Shown piece by piece: positions 59,301-64,000 of a DNA stretch of 64,000 bases. A program made the position numbers and the translations under genes. Below the pieces are notes generated by a model. That model did not search any database, was not told where the DNA came from, and saw only the letters and a list, made by a program, of their open reading frames with translations. The DNA comes from Candidatus Methylomirabilota bacterium (GTDB lineage: Bacteria > Verrucomicrobiota > Verrucomicrobiia > Limisphaerales > SXQI01): positions 8,964-72,963 of the forward strand of contig DASPKX010000147.1 in NCBI GenBank assembly GCA_035627835.1, read 5' to 3'. Every line of letters starts with the position of its first letter. Position 1 is the first letter of the stretch.

Positions 59301-62300
59301 GAAGCGTGCGGCCTTTCTCGAAAGCGAAGCTGCCAGTGAGGTAGATGAACTTGTAAATCTGGAGAGTGGCTTCCTCGACTGTAACGCGCGTGATCGCCTC
59401 ACTGTAATCGAGAGTCACAAACTCAGAACGAGGCCCCGCGCCTGGGACTTCGCTCACTGCACCGGTCTTAATCTTCAGACCGTTCGAGCCGTCCTCGTTT
59501 TCAATCGCGCTGAAATCCACGGCTTCCAAGAGGAAGTCTGGAGTGCTCCAGTCTTCAACTTGATTTAAACCAACTTCCAAGCCTTTGACTTCAACCTTGA
59601 GAATATCGCCGAAGCCAACCAAACCCGCGTGGTCGGCATTGACCTTCACGGCCATGTACTTGGAAGGATCGGTAAGAGATGTGGCCTCCAGCATCGCGAC
59701 GCCCACATCAACACCGTCGAGCACGAAGCCCAGGGCATCGGTGTTCACGACACCGTTTTCATCCCAGTATGGACCGCCAACACCAGCAAAAACACGAAGG
59801 CCGGAACCACCAATGAGAAACGCCTCGACCTCCTTCGTGTCGTCACCCACGGGGACATCAATGGAGCGTCCCTTTTCAATGGAGAGGCTTCCCTGGATCT
59901 GAATGAAATTAGCAATCTGGAGATTTGCGAAGTCGATGGAGGCCTCGAGGATTGCTCCTTCGAAATCCAAGGCGACTTCGGTGACTGCTCCGGCGCCAGC
60001 TATCTCAGTTTTCGCGCCAGTGGGGATGACAAGCTTGCCACCGTCCATGGAGCTGAAGTCAATTGCAGGCGCTGGGTTAAAGCGGGTGGCGGTGGGGTTG
60101 CTTCCCTCATTAATGCCCAGTTCAATCCCCGAGATCTCCAACTTGAACAAATCGCCGAACCCGACAGCGCGCGCGCTGTCCGCGCTCACTTTCAGAGCGA
60201 AGTAGCTGCTGTAATCGAAGAGACTGCTCGACTCGCCGATGAGCAAACCGAGGGCGACATCTTCCAGGACAAAGCCCATCGCCTCATTGTTTGTGCCGGC
60301 GGGCGTCCAATACGGCCCACCCACACCGACGAATGCGCGAACGCGAGAAGCGCCGACGAGCAGGACATCGACTTCTTCCGAGTCTCCGTTGTCGAGCGGG
60401 GCTTCGATAGACCCGCCGTTCTGGAAAGCAAAGCTGCCCTGGATTTGAACGAACTGCGAAATCTTAAGTTCAGCAAGATCAACACTGGCTTCGATGATTT
60501 CACCATCGAAATCAAGAACCACCTCGGAATTACCCGCTGGAATGGCCAGGCCGCCCGTTGCAGCGAAATCGATCGCTTCTTCAGGAGTAAGGGCGGTTTC
60601 GAGAGGATGATCCGCCGTGTTTACACCGAAGGTGATTCCAGAAAAACTCAGGCTGAAGATATCACCCAAGCCAACGATCTGCGCGGTCTGCGCCTCGATC
60701 TTAGCCGCGAAGTAAGAACTGAAGTCGGTGATCTCGGAACCTTCCATCATGGCGATGGCAAGATTCACGTTATCCAAAACGAAGCCAATGGAACGATCAT
60801 TGAACCCATTACCGTTCCCATCGAGATCCTCGAAGTATGAGCCACCAACACCGGCAAATGCCCGGACGCCACTGGCGCCAACGCTCATCAGGTCAACTTC
60901 CTTGAGGTCACCATCAACACTTACCTCAACCGGAACTCCCTTTTGGAAGGTGAAGCCCCCTTCAATATGAATGAAGTCACCGAGCAGGAGCTTGGCGTTG
61001 CCGATGCTCGCGCTGAAGATGGTGTCTTCAAAATCGATGCTGATCGGGTTGCCAGCCGAGCCAAGGATCAATGGGTCTCCCGAGAAATCCACGACCGGCG
61101 GCGCAAGTGGATTCCGGAGAGGATCGCCGCCGCCGTTCACTTGGATAACGATGTCAGAGGCGCTGATCTCGACTTCGTCCATCCCAACGGTTTTGATGGA
61201 GTCCGCCTCGATTTTCGCGGCGTGGAAACGACCAGTGACACCCATCATCAATGTCAGGCCGAACTTGGCGCCGTCTAATGCAAAGCCAAATGCGCTGTCA
61301 TTAATTTCGGACGCATCCTGAACTCCGTCATTATTAACATCGTTCCAGTAAGGCCCGTTAAAGCCAGCGAAAGCGTGGATGTTCGACCCACTGATGTTCA
61401 GGGCAAGAACAGAGACGGTATCGCCATTGGTCAGAGTGACGGTGTCAGTCGTGACCTGTGGAAGGACGAAATCGCCGGTCAGATGAGCGAACCCAGAAAG
61501 GCCGAGAGTAATGCGGCCTTCCATCTGCATGAAGTTTGGATTGGCGATGGAAAGCGTTGTAGTTGAGCCACCTACATTGAAGGATTCGTTAACGGGCTGA
61601 CCGGTGGTGTTAAACACCACCTTCATGTTGTCAGCCAAGGTCAGATCACTGAAACCGGCGAGATTAACGGAGCCCGACAGCTCCCCCGCAATGCCGCCAC
61701 CAGTGATGAAGAATGCGCCGCTTGCTTCGCTCAACGTGACGCCGGCACCGAAGCCACCGAACGTGACACTCGCATCTTCAGCCTGAACTGCGATGCCGGA
61801 ATCCCCATCGGTCGTGGTCACATTCTGTAGGACGAATGAGCCGGTGATCGTCTCCCCGCGCACGAGGAAAGTTCCAACGAAAGCCAGCGGCGTGGAGCCG
61901 CCGCCGCTGAGGAAGGAATCAACCTGAGCCTGCGAAGCGCCACTGATCGCCGTGACCGTAAAACTGTTTGCCGCCAGAGCAGAAATATCCACCCGACTTG
62001 AGGCGTCTGAGGCTGAGAGCAGAGAATCCTGCTCAAGTCCTTCGAAGATGTTGTCGATGATCTCAGCAGGATTGAAGGTCAGGTTTTCGGCCTGTGAGAG
62101 AGCGTCAGAGGACACTTCCGCGCCTTCAAAGATAACCTCAATAGCTTGATCTGGAGCGGGGACGCCCTGCAAGGCTTCCGTGTTCGCGTCCACGGGAGCA
62201 GCGGCGAGAAGAACGCGAGCTTCAAGCGCCTCAAGGTCAAAACGGGCTAAGCGTGAACCTTTTGGAGGCTCACACGCGCGCGAAAATGCGTCCCGTTTTG

Positions 62301-62307
62301 TTTCCAT
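47365..62307 (-). CDS. Giant LEPR-XLL / RTX calcium-binding surface protein (~4,980 aa)
   Basis: Uninterrupted ~15-kb frame. N-terminal LEALEARVLLA motif, nine beta-rich repeats and dozens of GGxGxD nonapeptides. Start placed at ATG 62307. Confidence 0.92.
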   Translation of the reverse strand: METKRDAFSRACEPPKGSRLARFDLEALEARVLLAAAPVDANTEALQGVPAPDQAIEVIFEGAEVSSDALSQAENLTFNPAEIIDNIFEGLEQDSLLSASDASSRVDISALAANSFTVTAISGASQAQVDSFLSGGGSTPLAFVGTFLVRGETITGSFVLQNVTTTDGDSGIAVQAEDASVTFGGFGAGVTLSEASGAFFITGGGIAGELSGSVNLAGFSDLTLADNMKVVFNTTGQPVNESFNVGGSTTTLSIANPNFMQMEGRITLGLSGFAHLTGDFVLPQVTTDTVTLTNGDTVSVLALNISGSNIHAFAGFNGPYWNDVNNDGVQDASEINDSAFGFALDGAKFGLTLMMGVTGRFHAAKIEADSIKTVGMDEVEISASDIVIQVNGGGDPLRNPLAPPVVDFSGDPLILGSAGNPISIDFEDTIFSASIGNAKLLLGDFIHIEGGFTFQKGVPVEVSVDGDLKEVDLMSVGASGVRAFAGVGGSYFEDLDGNGNGFNDRSIGFVLDNVNLAIAMMEGSEITDFSSYFAAKIEAQTAQIVGLGDIFSLSFSGITFGVNTADHPLETALTPEEAIDFAATGGLAIPAGNSEVVLDFDGEIIEASVDLAELKISQFVQIQGSFAFQNGGSIEAPLDNGDSEEVDVLLVGASRVRAFVGVGGPYWTPAGTNNEAMGFVLEDVALGLLIGESSSLFDYSSYFALKVSADSARAVGFGDLFKLEISGIELGINEGSNPTATRFNPAPAIDFSSMDGGKLVIPTGAKTEIAGAGAVTEVALDFEGAILEASIDFANLQIANFIQIQGSLSIEKGRSIDVPVGDDTKEVEAFLIGGSGLRVFAGVGGPYWDENGVVNTDALGFVLDGVDVGVAMLEATSLTDPSKYMAVKVNADHAGLVGFGDILKVEVKGLEVGLNQVEDWSTPDFLLEAVDFSAIENEDGSNGLKIKTGAVSEVPGAGPRSEFVTLDYSEAITRVTVEEATLQIYKFIYLTGSFAFEKGRTLRVPTEEGQDPEDWKEVETLTIGASDVHAFVGWDGPYWKRNVDGSIVADPTSKAIGLALQDLDFGLAIFEPTNPLDAYEYMAMKATAQSVSFVGLGEHFQLSGENISVSLNQGSSPLVLDMFETPIYFPGLEGGGFEVETGGAPVLLDFDDAYLSISVERATLQISQFVYLTGSFQFEKGKTTEVPVGSEGDLEWKEVETMTIGASNVYAFVGWGGPYWTRNNAGEVIVDPNNEAIGLALEDLDFGMALFEPTNPFDDVSYRALKASAESIAFVGLEDDFELSGKNITLSLNEATALIELGGLLGPDPIYFPALNDGLGFEVPTGDDSVYLDYDDAFVGVSVEQATLKISKFVYLTGSFEFQKGKTVELPTTGGDMVEVETMTIGASNVYAFVGWNGPYWVRDQNGNISADEDSGAIGLALEDLDVGVGIFEPTNIFDATSYFALSASAGSIEFVGLGDDFQLSGRGITVGLNQVSHPLENPLWAPDAINFAEVDDGAGFAIPTGQDPVYLNFEDAVIEVAVEQAVLGIGGFVHLQGSFAFTKGNAYDITLSSFGFAGRETELEFLTIGASDVQAFVGVNGPYRSDTNNDGVINGSDTVNSSAVGFVLDNLDLGVAIMTPTNPIDPSRYYAVSISADNAGLIGIDGIEISAKDLAVELNIGKVIGNPLNPPVVDFVASFPDPDGNGPETAGYKVPTGAVTIVDGMETPITVTLDMESHYIRAASSKVVIDILGVLNLVGGIEITKGAVYDVQLTNGQHKEVTSLTIAGIDLFGFIGANGPYWADRNGDGIITTNPSSPIYDAPDADAIGLSINDVTIGAALFIPTNLLDPARYLAIKGEIGGVDVVGLDFLTATFRDIKLDLNLGVGLTSGLSAIDFTKGDFAASANNGQAGLVLDTGGDTIVIDFSEVFIQAQLAGKVGLKIPGTNTQLLEISGAFVFSVTTGSISLFADGSVKLGVPGGDALNLHGRAVFVLNEEGFAADVSLTLSFGGDLASTFSNTSTARLRVNTSGLNQSVTVPASYVQFLAPETQAALITNADGTKAFVIPKGAPQLNGSIGAPGVYLVINAAAEISVAGSLVLQANLWFEASGEKLDMMMAAAMGLGPIGSANIVGNLQISSEGLVASLDATLQTAPNIAAALGITISGRFKVELNTKAAAAEISRPVVNKRTGTFTDEIETVTIEGRTVRVFGAGTLSFVNSFELKTQFEFTGNSNGIVIGVDGYLKVGFIGEIAVQAGLAVRNDGIVARIDISAGVGNDFGGGAGVKITGTFTLEINTTGHNATLPVGMSLGARATTIAPGILIRITGSIEFLGFATASGKLEIAFRNNELRIDIDATLVLGPLDVHVDGFGIFRSGGIVLSVNVSVEADVLSIVEFEASGQLRINTTDSSVNGIPANSFRLHLNGELTILKIFSMDASFTMNVRNGAWKIEFSAGMSFFGLATLDADGWIDSNGHFEVNFYGEIVLGSRSNGLVGAVSFKVWFTGDVGEEDFGIWGRGEVSARLFGFKLAGVALEFEFSAKRTKGGDERIKVVASVTIEIEFLFWTFRKSASFTLGYIRIPKPVYLGGLASQPEEWVGADQGGNGTLYLNVGDRANWRNLEEDDASETYIIEHVAGSASDPEGETINVTAWGRKQRFTGVKKIVGDFSNGDDFILVGDGVTAPVELEGGSGDDQLIYEGTSLSGRTSTISGGSGNDLIILTDAFLGNAVIYGGSGDDRIEGSGRADVIHGDSGDDQIFGNGGNDEIYEWSGTNIIVGGMGNDTIHGGSGRDIIAGDNIDFEWELGVPVYFAKSVNSGQGGNDTLFGHDGADFLIGGAGADFLSGGSGDDLLAGDEGYLEFSFDRNTGANEAAKFESTSAAGAGDDLYADDGNDILVGGVGADLLAGWNGADLIIGDNATVHYFWGAWNNATTHDFVGSGDTIYGDADNDMILGGEGVDAFFAGSGHDLVFGDNGRITRTNHGLLNSAESYNGPSTNETLNGDDGNDILVGSGGVDTLAGHAGNDILVSSGASIDYSNGVLVRVTSSDQDGAQSETLYGDIGSDVLISGGGADTLWGWDGDDILFGDHAELLYSNGALGSATSILTATGADDVLHGERGNDTLVGGIGADVLFGWIGNDALVGDNAQAIFSGANRISIASTSPANGAADTLWGWDGNDLLIGGTNTDTIHGEAGNDILIGDQAIATYTNGALTAVTTTDGNAAEYASDTLTSGSGDNILVGGLGADTLQAAEGNDLLIGDQATVTLTVAGVWTEASSQDHGRGASDTLNGAAGNDVLIGGFDADTITAGAGADLVLGDNGSVTRTSFAVLIGAATTAPSYGAADTVHGNEGNDIILSGAGSDSVFGNDGDDVLLGDQGSVSFTNGDLTFVTTTDGALAEVGDDTINSGEGNNIVLGGLGSDEIVTLSGADLVFGDQGSVKISSTGVWHDSLSHDTARGGADTINAGSGDDTVIAGQGNDVANGEAGADLIIGDNGQILRTPAGLLDFVTSTATADGSADILNGGAAADVLVGGADSDLIDGESGDDIAIGDSAQIDYLNSVLVTIRTISPSIGASDTISTAEGNDIVLGGAAGDLLNSGNDNDILVGDQGLLTYTNGYLVQITSTDNQLTEVGGDVISAGEGDNVVIAGLGDDTITTQSGTDLIAGDQATLNIHEAGVWFEFVSHDTERGGSDTIHAGNGSDVVLAGCGEDLVLGQAGDDTLIGDNGRILRQANAWLAIIETSAPLFGSSDILHGQDGNDIILGGTAGDSIASDAGNDIIIGDQGKLSYSNGHLTEITNTDGDAQEAAGDTISAGEGDNVVFGGLGNDSIITLSGADIIAGDQATLTITEAGVWTKLTSHDVSRGGDDMIATGAGADIVLAGYAQDTVSAEANADIVIGDNGELNRTSTGLFISMASVAPEQGAADLLNGNEGDDIVIGGAAGDHIEAHSGNDIVIGDQGLLTYTNGHLTQITTTDGTLAEVGADTINAEEGSNIVFGGLGSDSIATLTGADIIVADQGTLNILETGVWTSLVTHDFARGGDDVIFSGAGEDIVLAGFGHDTITAEEGSDLVIGDNGSISRLNNGWLSLIQTTAPSIGSPDEIHGNAGDDIILGGTASDTITGDANSDIIVGDQGQLTYTNGKLTQLTTTDGLLSEVGDDSINAGEGDNIVFAGLGSDAIVTLSGSDIVAGDQATLNILQSGIWTELVSHDFARGGADVVFSGAGDDIVLGGFGSDTITAQANNDVVLGDNASILRHNNGARSIITTIQPTIGSNDTIFGNEGDDLIFGGTLSDTISAGSEKDLVFGDHGRIDYSLPANDNFRSIDTQSTDLGAADFIHGDAGDDIILGGQGDDVVYGDADDDDIIGGHNVVLGHDEIEGVSGFNDKLDGGTGNDVIAGDNAWIIRRGDSVTSRVRVLLGNLLYSTDGSAAVAAQAQAIPTGAASRDIILLDHSITPAAMVFGNDVIAGGAHDDLIFGQLGNEIIQGDSSIDHDAANASVTAANDGDDYIEGNGGDDRIYGNEGQDDIIGGNSDLFGLTTPAQRPDGGDLIFGGSGIDLARNTVGASGVNAHSRDADMVLGDNGRIFRPIGKGSASGAFLTFNYDNYGGTIRIIPRAIDLIDYTANGVASDDIGAGDVIHGEAGDDILHGASGNDVIYGEGQDDDLYGESGNDWLSGGTGEDGILGDDGKILTSRNGIAEPLYGLVAVAQSSIQSKSMAASYILNATGRLNKAVDLEPFDIGGNDLIYGGLGDDFLHGGAGDDGISGAEALDSIYVAPSTARAIVYDATVREFTDYNENNALLKVAGHALNFEAFVGATTNKVNDGNDVLFGDLGNDWLVGGTNSDHMFGGLGDDLLNSDDNLETNGGLNDAPDAGLYGDADLAYGGGGLDYMLGNTGADRMVDSHGEFNSYVVPFSPYGAATIIRALNPDTRDLLYAVSKSDGADQTRTGGGLGTPARNGEPYGELGLVMQGDPQAGDQTGAPSDPQPGNGKSSKDVRR

Positions 62308-62339
62308 CTGGGCTACCTGGCGATCGGACGGGCGACAGA

Positions 62340-62385
62340 TTGCAAAAGAGATGCAACCTTCGTCAAATTTTTTCTGTAAAAAATT
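62340..62385. promoter_or_regulatory. Two adjacent palindromes in the divergent promoter region of the giant gene and the peptidase
   Basis: TTGCA-N7-TGCAA (62340-62356) and AATTTTTT-CTGT-AAAAAATT (62366-62385). Confidence 0.35.
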
Positions 62386-62477
62386 GTGACACTTGGTGGA
62401 ACTCTGGCCTTTGCGGAGAAATGGCGCGGAGCCATTGCGTTTAACAACACCTCCACGCAAAATCTTCGCAGGAGAAA

Positions 62478-64000
62478 ATGAGCTTACTTCCTTTTACAGA
62501 TCTGAAGCCATACAAGGCGCGGGCCTTTGTATCCCCAAACGCAGACCTTGGTGACTGGAGCGCGGTCGAGCCGCTATACGCCCAGCTGGAAGCTCGCGCG
62601 AGGGAACTACAAACCGAAGGGGAACTTCGGCAATGGCTGCTCGACTGGGGAGAGTTGAACGCTGCTATTGATGAGGAGTCATCGAAACGCTACATCGCGA
62701 TGACCTGCCACACGGAAAACCCAGACGCGGAGAAGGCATTCCTGCATTTCGTCGAGGAAATTGAGCCGAAGCTCAAGCCCTGGCAATTTAAGTTGGAGCA
62801 ATTGTATCTTGCGTGCCCGCTCCGCTCCCAACTGCGGGGTTTCGAGGTCTTTGATCAGCTCACCAAAATTCATGTGGAGCTGTTCCGGCAAGAAAACGTG
62901 CCGTTGGAAACTGAAGAGGCGAAACTGAGCCAGCAGTATCAGAAGTTAAGCGGCTCACTCACTGTTCAGTTCCGTGGCGAAGAAAAAACCCTCGTTCAAA
63001 TGGGTCGTTATCTTGAAGACCCGGATCGCTCCCTGCGCGAGGAGGCGTGGCATCTCATGGCGCAACGGCGTCTCCAGGAGCGCGACAAGTTCGAAGACAT
63101 CTTTGACCAGTTGATAAAGCTGCGGGAGCAAATCGCCAGAAATGCTGGCTTCTCGAACTATCGTGATTACGCCTTCAAAGCACGCGGGCGACTCGATTAC
63201 ACCGCTGAGGATTGCCACCGCTTTCACGACGCCATCGAGACACACATTCTGCCAATACTCCGCCGACTGCATGCGGAGCGTGTGCAACAATTGCAATTGC
63301 CCTCGTTGCGCCCTTGGGATTTGGCGGTGGATCCACTAAATCGCCCTGCCCTGCGCCCGTTCGAACAGGTGGACACCATGGTTGAGCGGACTCAAAAGAT
63401 TTTCGATAAACTCGACGCAGACCTGGCTCGAGGATTTAAGCAGATGAACGATCTTCGCCTGCTGGATCTGGCAAATCGCAAAGGGAAGGCTCCCGGGGGT
63501 TATCAATCCACTCTCGCAGAGGCGCGGCTGCCGTTTATCTTCATGAACGCCGTTGGTGTTCAACGCGATGTGGAAACGATCCTGCACGAGGCGGGCCATG
63601 CGTTTCATGCCTTGGCCACACAGAGGCAGGATTTTTACCCGTATCGGAGCGCGCCCATTGAGTTCTGTGAGGTGGCGTCCATGAGCATGGAACTGCTTGG
63701 CAATGCGCACATCGAGGAGTTCTACGACAGCGCAGATGCCAAGCGCGCGCGCCATGATCATCTGGAGGGCATCATCGAGATCTTCCCCTGGATCGCGACG
63801 GTGGATGCGTTCCAGCATTGGATCTACACACATCCGGGGCATACTCGTGAAGAACGCCGAGCGGCCTGGGAAGGGTTGATGGTTCGGTTCGGCGGGGATG
63901 TGGATTGGCGCGGGTACGAAGAGGTCCAGGCCTACCTTTGGCACCGGCAACTGCATATCTTCATCCACCCATTCTACTATATTGAGTACGGGATTGCGCA
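62478..64000 (+). CDS. M3-family oligoendopeptidase (3' end outside window)
   Basis: Not in the ORF track because it has no stop in the window. ATG 62478 follows AGGAG and reads MSLLPFTDLKPY..., with KAPGGY and the zinc motif LHEAGHAFH near 63585-63610. Confidence 0.92.
   Translation, partial: MSLLPFTDLKPYKARAFVSPNADLGDWSAVEPLYAQLEARARELQTEGELRQWLLDWGELNAAIDEESSKRYIAMTCHTENPDAEKAFLHFVEEIEPKLKPWQFKLEQLYLACPLRSQLRGFEVFDQLTKIHVELFRQENVPLETEEAKLSQQYQKLSGSLTVQFRGEEKTLVQMGRYLEDPDRSLREEAWHLMAQRRLQERDKFEDIFDQLIKLREQIARNAGFSNYRDYAFKARGRLDYTAEDCHRFHDAIETHILPILRRLHAERVQQLQLPSLRPWDLAVDPLNRPALRPFEQVDTMVERTQKIFDKLDADLARGFKQMNDLRLLDLANRKGKAPGGYQSTLAEARLPFIFMNAVGVQRDVETILHEAGHAFHALATQRQDFYPYRSAPIEFCEVASMSMELLGNAHIEEFYDSADAKRARHDHLEGIIEIFPWIATVDAFQHWIYTHPGHTREERRAAWEGLMVRFGGDVDWRGYEEVQAYLWHRQLHIFIHPFYYIEYGIA

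Noticed and set aside
47404-62149. Dozens of short plus-strand ORFs across the giant gene
   Set aside because: Antisense to one uninterrupted, motif-rich 15-kb frame, with no independent motifs.
62679-63968. Minus-strand ORFs at the right edge
   Set aside because: Antisense to the M3 oligoendopeptidase, which the ORF track missed because it has no stop in the window.
1-64000. tRNA, rRNA, TPP or Moco riboswitches
   Set aside because: No recognisable T-loop, rRNA or aptamer consensus was seen by eye, including upstream of thiL and moeB. An Infernal/tRNAscan run would be needed to exclude them.

Overview
GC-rich (~60% by eye) bacterial chromosome segment. Gene content (PEP-CTERM protein, LEPR-XLL giant protein, BatA/vWA cluster, insertion-bearing RimO) suggests a PVC-group organism, probably Verrucomicrobia; this is inference. 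Most of the window is housekeeping or metabolic: NAD kinase, lpxK/lpxL-type genes, bioF, rimO, moeB, PNP, priA, PPi-type pfk, rph, prmA, trpS, tsaB/tsaE, thiL, aspS, dprA, glcD-like, and an M3 oligopeptidase running off the right edge. Two accessory regions stand out. (1) An island at ~11.2-14.35 kb holds a Y1/HUH (RAYT-like) transposase bounded by 22-bp inverted repeats. Four further full, partial or degenerate copies of that end lie nearby, one placed so that a PEP-CTERM gene falls inside a composite unit. There are also micro-duplications at the ends and a 231-bp truncated second copy of the element. (2) A ~4,980-aa LEPR-XLL/RTX surface protein carries nine ~170-200 aa beta-rich repeats and a 525-bp periodic RTX region, with no type I secretion genes in the window. 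Other oddities are a degenerate PPC(DUF296)-esterase fusion, a PolX-like protein lacking its polymerase core, a 389-aa charged low-complexity protein, a REP-like inverted repeat and a 10-bp-phased motif upstream of dprA. No rRNA, tRNA or CRISPR array was recognised. Several starts were moved from the ORF track to more plausible downstream codons.
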